NCBI GenBank assembly: GCA_964035545.1 | Contig: OZ037770.1 | Span: 10,746,463-10,810,462 of the forward strand | DNA length: 64,000 nucleotides | Reading direction: 5' to 3' | Source of the DNA: Bugula neritina | Taxonomy: Eukaryota > Animalia > Bryozoa | Part shown: in pieces, positions 15,501 through 34,697 of the stretch | How the letters are laid out: every line of letters starts with the position of its first letter | Numbering within the stretch: position 1 is the stretch's first letter | Notes under the pieces: model-generated | Told to the model about the DNA's origin: nothing | What the model saw: only the letters and a program-made list of their open reading frames with translations | Database searches by the model: none | Made by a program: the position numbers and the translations under genes

Positions 15501-18500
15501 AACATGACTAACCAAAACAGTAACAATGAACAATGACCCATCTCTTTGATTAGTCTAGAATATTTATGAACATTCCTGTATAATCATTAGGAAAAACCCG
15601 GTAAGTCTATTTATAGGTATATGTACACTCAGAATTTGTGACAACCCCCCATTCTAAGAGAAATTATCTTGATCATTTCTCCTAACTACTTAAAATTCTG
15701 AGTCAATTCGGCTTAGATAATCGGCTCCAACATTGTCCTTTCCTTTGATTGACTCCACCTTGATTCTGAAGTTCTGTAAATACATAGCCCATCTCATCAT
15801 TCTGCTGTTTCTTACTGTACAGGTCCAACAAATCATCTTGGCTTTCTTCTCTTTCCTTATCGTGATCAATAATTCCAGCACCAGCAGCATCTAGAGTCCT
15901 CACAGCTCCAGCAGTCATAGAGTCGGTAGGCGTCTCCCGTTCAAAGTATTTCTTCAGCATGTTGGCATGGTATGTTCTCCTCTTGCCTCTAATGTTGATA
16001 ATGTAGTCATTCAGTCTGACTTTCTCCTCAATATTGAATGGTCCTTGCCAATGCATCAGCAATTTATTTCCATCCGTAGGTAGAAGAATGAGCACTTTGT
16101 CACCAGGTTTGAAGTCTCTCTGCTTAGCTTTCTTGTCAAAATAGTGTTTGTATCTTTTTTGACTGTCTTTTAGCGAAGCTAGTGCCATTTCCATCATGTC
16201 ATCTAAACGCTCTCTCAATTCAAAAACATGTTGATAGCAGGTCTTGACTTCATCGGCAGTGTCTTCCTTTGTCCAAAGTTGTCGCAGGATGTACATTGGT
16301 CCACGTACAGTTCTTCCATAGAGTAACTCGAATGGGGCGAAGCCTGTTGATTCCTGTGGGACTTCTCTATATGCAAATAGAGCCGCATTGATGAATCGAT
16401 GCCACTGTCTTGGCTCTTTAGCACACAACTTTTTTAACATACTCTTGAGGGTTCCGTTGAACTTTTCCACAAGTCCATTGGCCATTGCATGGTATGGTGA
16501 AGTAGGAAGTTGTCGCATGTCAAGTAATCTGGTAAACTCTTTCATGTAGTCCGAGATGAATTGAGTTCCTTGATCGCTTATCACCTCCTCTGGTATCCCA
16601 ACACGACTGTATATGTCAAGCAGCGCTTCAGCTACAGTAGCTGAGTCAATGTTCTTCAATGGTGTAGCTTCAGGATATCTTGTAGCATAGTCAACTAAAG
16701 TTAGGATGTAGCGGTGTCCTTTCTCACTTGGAGGGTTAATTGGTCCGACTAGGTCTATTGCACATCTCTTGAATGGGGTGTCAATTAGTGGAGTTTCCTG
16801 TACTGGAACTTTCATGACTGAGCCTTTTTTCACCGTCTTCTGGCAAATGTCACATGATTGACAGAAACGTACGACATCTCCGTTTAGTCCTGGCCAGAAG
16901 AAGTTGGAAAGCACTCTATCAGTGGTTTTCTTTACTCCTAGGTGTCCGCTCATTATGCAGTCATGAGCTTTCTGTAGAACTTCCTTCCTCAGTGAACTGG
17001 GTACCATGAGTTGTTTAACAGGTTTTACACTGACAGACTTCGAGTCGGTGTACTCACGGTACAGAATCTTATTCCTCACCACAAACCTGGTGGTGCATCC
17101 CTTTTTCTCCTTCACTTCTTTTGCATCGAAGAAACGCTCCAATGTGGGGTCATCTCTCTGCAGTCTGGCTATTTCATCTTTCCCTATACTTAATGGGTTA
17201 GCATTTGAATCAATCATCAGGGGTTTGTCTCCTGACTTCTCCTTGACAGCTTGAGCTCTTGTGGTTACGGCGCAGTCCTTCCAGTTTTCCAGCGGTTGGT
17301 CAGCTGATCTCGCTCCATCCACATTCCCAATAAGCAGGTCACAAATCGTCTTGTCCATTACTGCAGCTTTGACGACACCATTGTAAAATGGTGAGCGTAC
17401 TGAGATAAGTGCCCATTGAGCCTCCCTAACACTTGCATCAGCCATATTCAGATAAACTGATTCTCCAGTTAAATGTTGAGGTTGCACATACTTTGCATTG
17501 ACTACAATGCAACCACAGCCGGTGTCGCGCATTACAGTAGCTCGTTGGCCATTGACTTCCGCATCAAATATCGCTGTGCCCCCATCTTTGAATTTAGGTC
17601 CATTCTTGCAGACAGCAGCGTTGACAAACTTTTTACCATTAACTGTGATTTCCGTAGGTTCTTCCACTTTAGATGAGATTCCTGGATCTGTGACCACAGT
17701 CTTATTCGGAGTAGTCGCTATTGCAGCAGCAGCATGCACTGACCTTCCACCATACTTTCTGCAGTCTGAAGTATTGTGATTGTTCATCTTGCAATGTGAA
17801 CAGTACTTCTTCCCTCGCCGTGGGCAGTTACGAGCAATGTGTGATTTATCTTTGCAGATGAAGCATGCACCATCGCTTTTACTTCCTTGTTCAGCATTCA
17901 TGCTATCGGCAGGTGTGTTTTCCATCCTTTTTATATTAGTTTTCTTAGTCTTTGCTAGTTTCCTTCCACGGGCGTGCAAAAATAGTGACGCTGCATCACA
18001 CATGTCCTCACTGCTGTTGTAGGAATTTTGCTTTAAGTGCACAGCTAAGTCGTCTGGGCATGACGATATAAATTGTTCAGTCGCCACCAGTTTGGCTATG
18101 TCCATGCCCCCTGAAAGCTCTACCCACTTGTGCACATAACTTTCTATCCTAGTGAACAGTTGTGCAGGAGTTTCATCCTCGTAAGCTTCTGCCTCTCTGA
18201 GCTTTTTTCTGTAGCCCTCTTGAGTCAAGTTAAAGCGCTCCAATAGGGCTTCTTTGACTTTTTTATAATCTCTACGATCGGTAGGTGACAACCGGATGTA
18301 AGCTTCTGTTGCTGTACCCCTTAGGTACTGACTGAGATGGTAGGGCCAATCTCCCTTGTCCCAGTTACATCCTTCGGCAACCCACTCGAACCGCTCTAAA
18401 TAGCTATCCATTTCGTCCACCTTCTCATCAAAGAATGGTATTTTTGGTTTTGGTTTGTTAGCTATTTCTAACCTGGTGCTCTCATGTCTTGAGTGCTCCA

Positions 18501-20289
18501 AACTTGTGTCAGCTTTCAGCTTTTCCATATCTAATTCATGTCGTTGTCTTCTCTCTTCTGCCTCCTGGTCAGCTTTAACCTTGAGTGCCATTGCCTCCTG
18601 ATCAGCTTTAACCTTGAATGCCATTGCCTCCTGATCAGCTTTTATCTTCATCTCCATTAAGGCTTTCTCATTCTCTTGCCTGATCTTTTCTGCCTCACGC
18701 TCTAATCTACGTTCCTCTCGGTCCTTTTCTTTTTCTTCTTGTGCAGCAACAATGGGTAGGTTCTTTTCAACAAAAGCTATGAGCTTGTCCTCCACCAACC
18801 CAAGGTCTTTACCCATCTGTGTCACTCTCTCCAACAACGCCATAATGTCTCAACAACTGTTAATTAATCCTGTGTATACTCACGTTGTAACTAATAACTT
18901 CCCTGTGTGCGACTGAGACTTCCCGGAGCAGCCCCCAATTGTCACAAAACTGTTGGTAGCAGTGTGACGAGTTCGAAAAGTCTGGTAGTCAGAAGTATAG
19001 AGACAAGTAGCATACAGCTTGCTAATCCAGTTGAGAGTAAATAGAGTAGACTTTATTTCTCTAGTAAGATATGCACAGATGAATTTATAAAAATGAACTC
19101 CAAGAATGAACTTATAAAAAGGAACTGCGAGAATGAACTGATTCGTAAACACAACTGCCTCAGTATTTATAGTAAACAAAACACTCTAGAACATTCTCAA
19201 GCATTCCAGTATAGAAGATTCTAGTAGAAAACATTCCCCACATACCAATACTATTTATAGAAAATCAAAACAAAACATTGGAATTTCCATGGTTATTTCG
19301 CAATTATTGCGCAATACCTTGTTTACATTGCTGGACAGTAGTTAACATGACTAACCAAAACAGTAACAATGAACAATGACCCATCTCTTTGATTAGTCTA
19401 GAATATTTATGAACATTCCTGTATAATCATTAGGAAAAACCCGGTAAGTCTATTTATAGGTATATGTACACTCAGAATTTGTGACAATAATCTTATACTA
19501 CAATAAATTACTTTAACATACTATAACATTGTAACTATCAAAACAAACTAAAACAAATTCAGATGCTCGAATCATCAAATGCCACACATATTATTTGGAG
19601 TTCAGATGTGTTGCAATGACATGATTATGTTTTTAATATTCATCAGAACAAAGAGAGTATATAGCAAATTTCAACTGTTATATAATGTTCAAGCTATTCT
19701 GTAATATCTAATCATTTTAGTATAAGATCTTACCTTAACTTTATTAATAAATAAGATTTTATTTTTACTTTTCACTTATTTTTACGCGTTCAGGTGTAAA
19801 GTAATACATTTATGATATTATCCACACCATTTATATGAGGTTTTAGCTATATGACTATTTAATTTAAAATAAAATTGTTTTTCGAACTTTTATATTTGTA
19901 TGGTTTCTATTTAGCATATTTATGAAAAAATTTCTTGCACCGTTGCTTTCTCAAATATTGCAAAAGTTCGGTGAAAATCTAGCAGAAGATTTTAAGCAAC
20001 CAGTATATATAATTCTTTGCATGTTTTGCAAATTTTGGTAAAAAGACAGGCAGCATACATTGCATGCATGCTTTGTCAGCTGTGAGTTCTACTTCTGCAA
20101 ATTTCATTTTTAAATTAAACAACTTTTTGCAGAACAAATTTACTGATTGGATAGCACTTGAAGCTGCTACAGTAGCCTCTTCTTTTGTGGAGATGATAAT
20201 GACAATCTGGCTGATAGCTAAAAACAGTAGAGCTCTTTGTCTGTGCTGTAGAGATAACTGTTCATCATTTAATGAGGAAGAGGAGGTTG
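12542..20289 (+). CDS. CD20/MS4A-like four-TM protein, paralog 1 (3' end uncertain)
   Basis: Phase-compatible exons 12542-12729, 13105-13261 (LSAVQVVCGVLMVGLE...GCGFWTGFP), 13384-13440 (VILTGIIGILA), 13946-14073 (LLLNIMAVGLII), 14615-14729, 20133-~20289 (LEAATVASSFVEMIMTIW..CLCC). Q..G, G.GFW.G and G..G motifs are typical of the CD20-like family. Confidence 0.78.
12800..12966. repeat. (CACT)n microsatellite
   Basis: Direct reading of repeated cact/ctca. Confidence 0.95.
15690..15820 (-). pseudogene. C-terminal remnant of RNase H in another frame
   Basis: NSRMMRWAMYLQNFRIKVESIKGKDNVGADYLSR matches the Gypsy RNase H end (RW...LQ.....I....G..N..AD.LSR). Confidence 0.85.
15703..18843 (-). CDS. 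Gag-protease-integrase polyprotein (1046 aa), RT absent
   Basis: Coiled-coil/SCAN-like Gag, two Zn knuckles (CFICKDKSHIARNC, CSHCKMNNHNTSDC), protease DTGC, integrase H..GH..C..C, rve core (IDLVGP, SDQGTQF, NGLVEKFN) and GPF motif; no YxDD. Confidence 0.93.
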   Translation of the reverse strand: MALLERVTQMGKDLGLVEDKLIAFVEKNLPIVAAQEEKEKDREERRLEREAEKIRQENEKALMEMKIKADQEAMAFKVKADQEAMALKVKADQEAEERRQRHELDMEKLKADTSLEHSRHESTRLEIANKPKPKIPFFDEKVDEMDSYLERFEWVAEGCNWDKGDWPYHLSQYLRGTATEAYIRLSPTDRRDYKKVKEALLERFNLTQEGYRKKLREAEAYEDETPAQLFTRIESYVHKWVELSGGMDIAKLVATEQFISSCPDDLAVHLKQNSYNSSEDMCDAASLFLHARGRKLAKTKKTNIKRMENTPADSMNAEQGSKSDGACFICKDKSHIARNCPRRGKKYCSHCKMNNHNTSDCRKYGGRSVHAAAAIATTPNKTVVTDPGISSKVEEPTEITVNGKKFVNAAVCKNGPKFKDGGTAIFDAEVNGQRATVMRDTGCGCIVVNAKYVQPQHLTGESVYLNMADASVREAQWALISVRSPFYNGVVKAAVMDKTICDLLIGNVDGARSADQPLENWKDCAVTTRAQAVKEKSGDKPLMIDSNANPLSIGKDEIARLQRDDPTLERFFDAKEVKEKKGCTTRFVVRNKILYREYTDSKSVSVKPVKQLMVPSSLRKEVLQKAHDCIMSGHLGVKKTTDRVLSNFFWPGLNGDVVRFCQSCDICQKTVKKGSVMKVPVQETPLIDTPFKRCAIDLVGPINPPSEKGHRYILTLVDYATRYPEATPLKNIDSATVAEALLDIYSRVGIPEEVISDQGTQFISDYMKEFTRLLDMRQLPTSPYHAMANGLVEKFNGTLKSMLKKLCAKEPRQWHRFINAALFAYREVPQESTGFAPFELLYGRTVRGPMYILRQLWTKEDTADEVKTCYQHVFELRERLDDMMEMALASLKDSQKRYKHYFDKKAKQRDFKPGDKVLILLPTDGNKLLMHWQGPFNIEEKVRLNDYIINIRGKRRTYHANMLKKYFERETPTDSMTAGAVRTLDAAGAGIIDHDKEREESQDDLLDLYSKKQQNDEMGYVFTELQNQGGVNQRKGQCWSRLSKPN

Positions 20290-20302
20290 GTATGGTTATA
20301 TT

Positions 20303-20308
20303 ACACAC

Positions 20309-20346
<38 letters not shown>

Positions 20347-20385
20347 GCACGCACGCACGCACGCACACACACGCACACGCACACG

Positions 20386-20418
<33 letters not shown>

Positions 20419-20491
20419 ACACGCACACACACACACACACGCACACACACACACACACACACGCACACACACACACACACACACACGCACG

Positions 20492-20527
<36 letters not shown>

Positions 20528-20992
20528 GTCACACACACGTATACACGCACACACGCGCACACACACACACACCCACACACACACACGCACACGCACACGC
20601 ACACACACACACACAGCACGCACACGCACACGCACACGCACACACACGCACACGCACACACACACGCACGCACACACACACACACACGCACACACACACA
20701 CACACGCACGTCACACACACACACGCACACACACACACACACACACGCACGCACGTCACACACACGTATACACGCACACACGCGCACACACACACACACC
20801 CACACACACACACGCACACGTATACACGCACACACGCGCACACACGCACACACACACACACACCTACACACACACGCACGCACACGCACACACACACACG
20901 CACGCACACGCACACACACACACACACACATGCACGCACACACACACACGCAGCATACGCACGCACGCACACACACACACGCACACGCACAC
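20303..20992. repeat. Compound (CA)n/(CACG)n microsatellite
   Basis: Direct reading. Confidence 0.97.
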
Positions 20993-21629
20993 AGTTGGTA
21001 TAATAATTTTCCCTATTTATTTTCGTCGAGTTGTTAAATATTAATGCACTAAAATATAATTATTTTCAAAACTGCTCGATATTTTTGTCAGGATTCATTC
21101 AAATAGTGTGGTTTTGATTTTAGTCTGATGAAGAGGTACTGGTGAAAAATTAAAACAATCTCAAGAAAGAAGAAGCTATACACAAAATTATTTCATTCTA
21201 ATAGAAGTTTTGACAGTCTTTCTTCACAGCTAATACTGGAAATAATGAGTATTTATTGCTTGCAGCTATTCAAGCAGTTTGTGTTTTTTTTCAAGAAGAA
21301 TAGCTTGCATGATAAGTTAGAAAAATAACTTAAATTTTTTAGTGTTGACGTAAAAGCCAGCTATAATTAACAATTTATTCTAAATTTTAGATATTTTTTC
21401 TCATTGATCTTCACAGAGAGTTGTTCTCTCTTTATTATTGTATGAAACTTTTTTCCATTTTATAGCTGTTACAGGCAAATTGTTTTTAATAGTCTATGAT
21501 GTGCACTTTTTGTACAAGGAGAAACAATGGGTGCAAAAGTTATGTCAATTGCTGTTATATATTGAAAATATAAGCTGATATCACTTCCAATTTTTATTTA
21601 ATTATTAAATTCACAGAGATTCGACATCA

Positions 21630-28089
<6,460 letters not shown>

Positions 28090-28563
28090 AACTGAAACAG
28101 CAAGACTTTCTTAGTAAACAGCAAATACTATAATATAAATGTACTTTGTAACTATAGTAAATTATGGTGCAGTTATTTCTTCTGTTCTGTATCTTTTAGC
28201 ATCACATGAAACAATTATAGAAACACTTTTGCTGTAGGCCTATATGGTAGTGTAGAAATTGAGAAGAGACTGCGATAAAGAACTAGTTCTGCTGTGATCC
28301 GCCAATGTTGGCTCATATCAATGAAACCTAAACTTGGATGCATTGAATTAGCTTTGTATAAATCACTATTAAACAGAGAAATATGTGAGACATTCTATAG
28401 GATACTTTTTATGCATATCAATTATAATAATATTAAAGCTTATATAAATTTAGATTAAATTGTTACATTATAAATAATTCTGGTCATGTTTAAGACTAAA
28501 TTTTGACATTTTGACATAATATTTAAAAATATAAAATATATCATTGATTAAATTCAATAGTAG

Positions 28564-28638
<75 letters not shown>

Positions 28639-30882
28639 TCTAGCTAATTCTAGTTTTGTGCTGCAGCTTAAACTATGAATGCTCATATATAACAAATGTT
28701 TCAGGGAAAACTATATTTTAAATAAGTTATAATGCATGCCTAATGAAAGCATGAAGGATCGAATGACTTATTTTTTTAGAACAAACTGTAGCTATTCGGT
28801 TACTTACTTTTAGCGTAGATTTATGAAAACCTCTTGAGATGTGTGACCTGACCTGCACGAGTAGAATAATATTATAGTTCCTTGTTAACAAGCACTGTAT
28901 GTTATATCGGTTTTGCTGAGGCACATGTAATGTGTTGAATAATCATATGTCATTGGCTAATCTCCTGTACAAAACAACTATATAAATCAGAACCTCATGT
29001 GTCAAAATATAGATCTTCACAGATTGAAACCATGGCAACCAATAGCTAGTTTGGCTCTAAATCAAACTTTACAAGTATGTTGATTAATTATGTTTTTATA
29101 ATGTATAATAAATAATACTTTTGCTCTTCGAAAAAAGTAAGTAGTGAAATATTTGGTTAGTTAGAGTTATCTGTTTATATATAAATACACTACGACAAAT
29201 TTATTGAAATACGTAAATTCAAGAGGCATTATACATATGCAGCACAGGTAATATTTTAATTACTGGTACAGTACAATTGATAAGACATAATCTTGAACTA
29301 AGATGTTAAGATGTATATATAATATTTTAAGATGCAGATATATATAACCGATAATAATTATAAGCTTCCACCTGCACAAGTAGAATTTAATAGTTTCTTG
29401 CTTACAGGTACTTTATAAACATTACTAATTGGTACAAAGACAGGCACATATAATGTGTTTAGTAGTCATTTCATTGGCTAATCCCCTGTACAAAGCAACT
29501 ATAAATTCGAAACTCATATGTCAAGAAAATACATATAGATCTTCACGGGTTGAAACTATGGCGACATAACTAGATTTGCTTTAAATATCACCAACTTGGC
29601 ATGATCGAATGTTTACTATTTATGCTTTTATTTTTGAAATTTGAGAACATTAAAAGGGTACTACAGAAAGTTAGCAAATACATAGATGACTAATTGACTT
29701 AACTGTGTGCATATGACATTAAAGGAGAATAAATAATCATATCAAAATGATTTTTCACATTTATTCAAAGTAAGTGGAGGAAAACAATATATAATTATTC
29801 AACACAACAATATTGTGTATATAAATTAAGTTATGAACATTTATTGTTCTCAGCTATTTAACCAGTGCTTTGTTTAATCTATGTGAAATGATCTTTAAAC
29901 AAATTGAATTTTACAGCTTTTATTTTTAAGGTACAAAGAGATGCATACGAACAATTTATTCCCCAATATATTCTCATCATTTATACGCACAGAGAGTTGT
30001 GCTCTCTATTTATTCATAGCCCTATATATAACTGAAATTATAGAGTGCTAAAATTTCTACAGCTTTAGTAGAAGTTTGATTGGCAACTTTTTACCACTGT
30101 CGCTAGTTTTAAAATGGTCTATTAAGTTTTCTGGTTTTACCTAATTTGCTTACTAATTAGGTTGTAATTGTATACAAAATTTTGATGTGTGCAAAACTCA
30201 TGTAGAGCGAAACTATTTTCAATAAATAAGTTCACAATTCCAATTTCAATTTATAATAGCTACACTCGCAGTAGTTTAGCCTTTGCGACCTGCAGCCTTA
30301 CCTTTGCCTAAAACAACTATGATGAATGCAGAAGTGTTGAGGCCTAACTAAGGCACCCATATTTGGAAGAAAAAATAGTAAGAGAAGTATTATTTCTTAT
30401 AATAATTAGGATAATTATTAGGATTATTTAAAGGGACTTTCAAATTAGTCTATACGAGGCCTTATCTGAAACCTAATTTACTTTATGCAGTAAAACTTGA
30501 CTAAATTATCTTTTACCATCAAATTCTTGCTATATGACACTCCACCAAATATAATATTGAACAAAAACACATTTTGGGTAAACAAATATAATTTTAAACT
30601 ATTTTACTTGGCTATAATACTTGTATTATTTTAGTTTGTGCACTACTATTTATTATAAAATGGTATTTTATTTGTTAATAAATGACGCCTTATGTTTAAA
30701 AAAAGTATATATATACATAAATATACATAAATATGCATATATATAAATATATATATATATTATAAATAGGTATACGAGAAATTAATATATATATATATAT
30801 ATATAATGTATGCTGATTGTCAATCTAGTTGGAGTTCCAGCAAAGCAAAGTGCTCGATATCACGGGTGACAGAGCTAATATA

Positions 30883-30997
<115 letters not shown>

Positions 30998-31550
30998 AAA
31001 TGTAGTGTGTTCAGATTGTTAATGATACATATTTATTTTTTTATTTAAAAAATCTCACACGACTATATAGTTTCTTACAGTAAACTGCACCCGTCAGGTG
31101 TTAGACTAAAAATAAATAAAATCTATGAAGCAGAAATTTAAACAACATAATCAACAGCCGCAATAAAATATTACTCAACCCAGCAAACCAACCTCCTCGA
31201 GGATGTAACTGCAGAAACAGCACAGTGTGCCCACTAGATGGAAAATGCCTCACAAAGTGCATCATATACCAAGCTACAGTTACAACCAAAGATGGCAGCC
31301 AACCCCAGACTTACGTGGGAACATCAGAAACAGAATCCAAAACCAGATTGTATAACCACAAATCAACTTTTAACAACAAAACAAAAAAGAACCATACTGA
31401 ATTGAGCAAATATATCTGGAAACTAAAAGACAAGAACACCCATTTTGACATAACATGAAAAATTATGAAAAAGACCAACTCATACAACAAAGTCACTAAA
31501 AGGTGCAACCTCTGCCTATGGGAAAAATATTTCATAATATACCAGCCCAG

Positions 31551-31556
<6 letters not shown>
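30998..31556 (+). mobile_element. Truncated Penelope-like element: inverted pLTR with degenerate HHR, then GIY-YIG endonuclease fragment
   Basis: [53 protein letters not shown] at ~31200-31553. Minus strand 31057-31101 reads ACAC-CTGACGG-GTGCAG ttta CTGTAA-GAAA-CTATATAG-TC-GTGT. Flanked by (TA)n on both sides. Confidence 0.85.
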
Positions 31557-31634
<78 letters not shown>

Positions 31635-31744
31635 TTCTATAATTAAAAATGAATCAAAAGAACTCAATATTTCGAAAAATAGAGTATTTATATTTAGTAC
31701 TAATACAATTTTGGATATAAAAAAAAATTAGATCTTCATTCTAT

Positions 31745-31791
31745 TGAATACAATATTGTTTCACGTAGTGCGAGCTACGATCATCAGGTCG
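31745..31791 (-). ncRNA. Type I hammerhead in inverted pLTR (stem I mismatched)
   Basis: Minus strand: CGAC-CTGATGA-tCGTAG ctcgca CTACGt-GAAA-CAATATTG-TA-TTCA. Confidence 0.75.
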
Positions 31792-32094
31792 TTGTGTGTA
31801 CGCTTGAGTGATTTTGTTTTGAAATTAGTATTGTTAGTGTATTACTACGCTGGAATGTTTTAACTAGCGTCTGTTGAGTGCGCAAGTAAAAATTTGCGTT
31901 TATGTCTACACGTGGTGGAAAGCTCTTTTCGTTTGTATTAGTACCAAATATAAATACTCTATTTTTCGAAATATTGAGTTCTTTTGATTCATTTTTAATT
32001 ATAGAAACTACATTACATGCTCCTAATTTTATTTGTGTAAATAGTAATACCTTATGTTTACACAAACACTTCTTAGTTGAGCTCTCTCAAGAAA

Positions 32095-34229
32095 ATGAAT
32101 AGTCTAAACTTTGGATATTCCTTAAAAAATATTCCGAAAAGTACAAACAAAGACTATCTAATACGGATTATTAACATGACTGAGATATTCTTAATACGAG
32201 TCAGATGGAAAGCTTTCTTCTACTTAAACCCAGACTGCAAGCCTACTACTAAAGATACTTTTGGGTTTAAAACCAGCAAACCAACACCACACATTAAAGA
32301 ATTAGATCACTTTGAAACTGAAATATACAACCTACTAACCAACATCAGGTTTGAATCATTTACTAATCAACTGCAAACCAAAATGAGAAATAATGTAAAG
32401 GATATTAAAAATGATGACAAACTGCTAGTGAAAGCTGACAAAACTACCAATTTCTACAAACTATCTACTTCCCAATACAGAGAGCTTATTAAACAAAACA
32501 TCACGAAAGACTACAAAAAAGCCCCACCTAACCTAGCTAAATCAATCACAACTAAGGACACCATAATCGCCAAATCATTAAATCTAGACACCAGAATAGA
32601 AGTACTAGCCCAGAAAGAAGCTTTTATTACTTTAAAAGATCACAAACCTAACTTCAATAACAAACCATCCTGCAGACTAATAAACCCCACCAAATCCAAC
32701 TTCGGTATAATCAGCAAACAACTATTGGATAATATAAACACAAAACTCCTCCAGCATATAAAAGTCAACATATGGAAAAACTCCCACTCAGTAATAAATT
32801 GGTTTGAAAACATCAAAAACAAAAGCAGTAAGTCATTTATTACTTTTGACATATGCAATTTCTACCCATCAATAACTGAAGACCTCCTTCACAAAGCCCT
32901 TTCCTTTGCGTCACACTTTACCAGCATACCAACTGAACACCAGGAAATAATTTTACACTCTAAAAATTCCATCCTTATCTCCAATGGTGAACAATGGACA
33001 AAAAAACACGACAGCAGTTTTGATGTCACTATGGGAAGCTATGACGGCGCCGAAACCTGCCAACTAATTGGAATATACTTGCTTAATCTATTAACTACTG
33101 AAATGAATATAGAATGTAATTTAGGCCTGTATAGAGATGATGGACTCATAGTTTGTGAAGGAACACCTAGACACATAGAACAGAACAAAAAACAAATTTG
33201 CAACTTTTTTAGAAAATTTAATCTCTCAATCACAATAGAAGCCAATAAGAAAGTTGTAAACTTCCTAGATGTAACATTCAACTTGACTAACCAATCCTAT
33301 AAACCCTATACAAAACCTGGAAACACTATCCTCTACGTTCACAAACAAAGCGACCACCCACCTGCAGTATTGAAAAACATACCAGAAAATATAAATAGAA
33401 GACTTAGCTCACTATCCTCCAATGAAGAAGAGTTTAACACCACCATACAACCGTACCAAGAAGCACTATCAAACAGTGGATATGACTATAAATTAAAATA
33501 TAACCCGACACTTAAATCCAACAACAATAATAAAAATAGAAATAGAAACATATTGTGGTACAACCCACCTTTTAGTTCAACAGTAAAAACCAAAATAGGG
33601 AAGAAATTTCTTCAAATCATCGACAAATGCTTTCCACCATCCAACCAACTAAGTAAAATTTTCAATAGGAAAACTATAAAAATTAGCTATTCATGCATGC
33701 CCAACATGAAAAATATTATTGATGGCTCGAACCATCACAAACTTAAAACCGCACACACCCCTACTACCGCTACTAAACTAAATGACGCACAATGTAACTG
33801 CAAACAACCTTCCCACTGTCCACTAAATGGTAAATGCTTATACAAAGACTAATATACCAAGCAACTGTAACAAGACATGACAATAATTCCAGCCATTCAT
33901 ACATAGGACTCTGTTCGACTACCTTCAAAACCAGATTCAATAACCACAAAGCCTCTTTCCTACATGCAGATAAAGCTAACAGCACGCAACTCAGCAGACA
34001 CATCTGGAATTTAAAAGACAACAAAACGAAATTCAGCTTGAAATTGAATATTTTAAAGATTTGCAAATCATACTCAAACCTAACCAATAGATGTAATTTA
34101 TGCAACTATGAGAAGTATATAATTTTAAAACAACCGGAATTATCTTCCCTCAACAAACGAAAAGAGCTTTCCACCACATGTAGACATAAACGCAAATTTT
34201 TACTTGCGCACTTAACAGACGCTAGTTAA
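32095..34229 (+). CDS. PLE reverse transcriptase + C-terminal GIY-YIG endonuclease, one frameshift at ~33848
   Basis: YSLKNIP N-terminus, KADKT, FDICNFYPSI, MGSYDGAE, YRDDGL, NFLDV, WYNPP, CNCKQPSHCPLNGKC, then in the other frame IYQA..YIG..FKTRFNNH..CNLCNYEK..CRH. Confidence 0.92.
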
Positions 34230-34297
34230 AACATTCCAGCGTAGTAATACACTAACAATACTAATTTCAAAACAAAATCACTCAAGCGTACACATAA

Positions 34298-34344
34298 CGA
34301 CCTGATGATCGTAGCTCGCACTACGTGAAACAATATTGTAGTCG
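34298..34344 (+). ncRNA. Type I hammerhead ribozyme in 3' pLTR
   Basis: CGAC-CTGATGA-tCGTAG ctcgca CTACGt-GAAA-CAATATTG-TA-GTCG; palindromic helix III typical of PLE minimal HHRs. Confidence 0.88.
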
Positions 34345-34424
34345 ATAGAATGAAGATCTAAGTTTATTTTTATATCCAAAATTGTATTAGTACCAAATAT
34401 ATATATATATATATTTAAATATAT

Positions 34425-34697
<273 letters not shown>

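Larger units (their letters stand above)
15097..19486 (-). mobile_element. Ty3/Gypsy LTR retrotransposon, Gmr1-like domain order, internally deleted (no RT)
   Basis: 547-bp LTRs 15097-15643 and 18940-19486 (TG...CA), identical by eye; 5-bp TSD ATAAT (15092-15096, 19487-19491); PBS TGGGGGCTGCTCCGGGA (tRNA-Pro-like) just inside the 18940 LTR; PPT AGAATGGGGGGT next to the other LTR. Confidence 0.95.
31629..34397 (+). mobile_element. Near full-length Penelope-like element (Naiad-type) with inverted 5' pLTR and direct 3' pLTR
   Basis: ~31695-31935 is the reverse complement of the element's 3' end (~34153-34397), and 31629-31710 is inverted relative to ~31935-32012. HHR in both pLTRs; (TA)n on both sides. 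Confidence 0.92.

Noticed and set aside
21125-21150. CTGATGA motifs here and at 40684 and ~55494 as hammerheads
   Set aside because: No supporting stems I-III around a GAAA; the 55.5-kb one is the ADD codons of the RTE RT.
31455-31458. Selenocysteine UGA, as reported for some Naiad PLEs
   Set aside because: The TGA falls at a position that is Trp in the related element (IKWKI at ~50215), in a truncated fragment; a TGG to TGA nonsense change is simpler.
33834-33852. Programmed frameshift between RT and endonuclease
   Set aside because: No slippery heptamer, and the other two PLEs read through this region in one frame; a 1-nt deletion is more likely.
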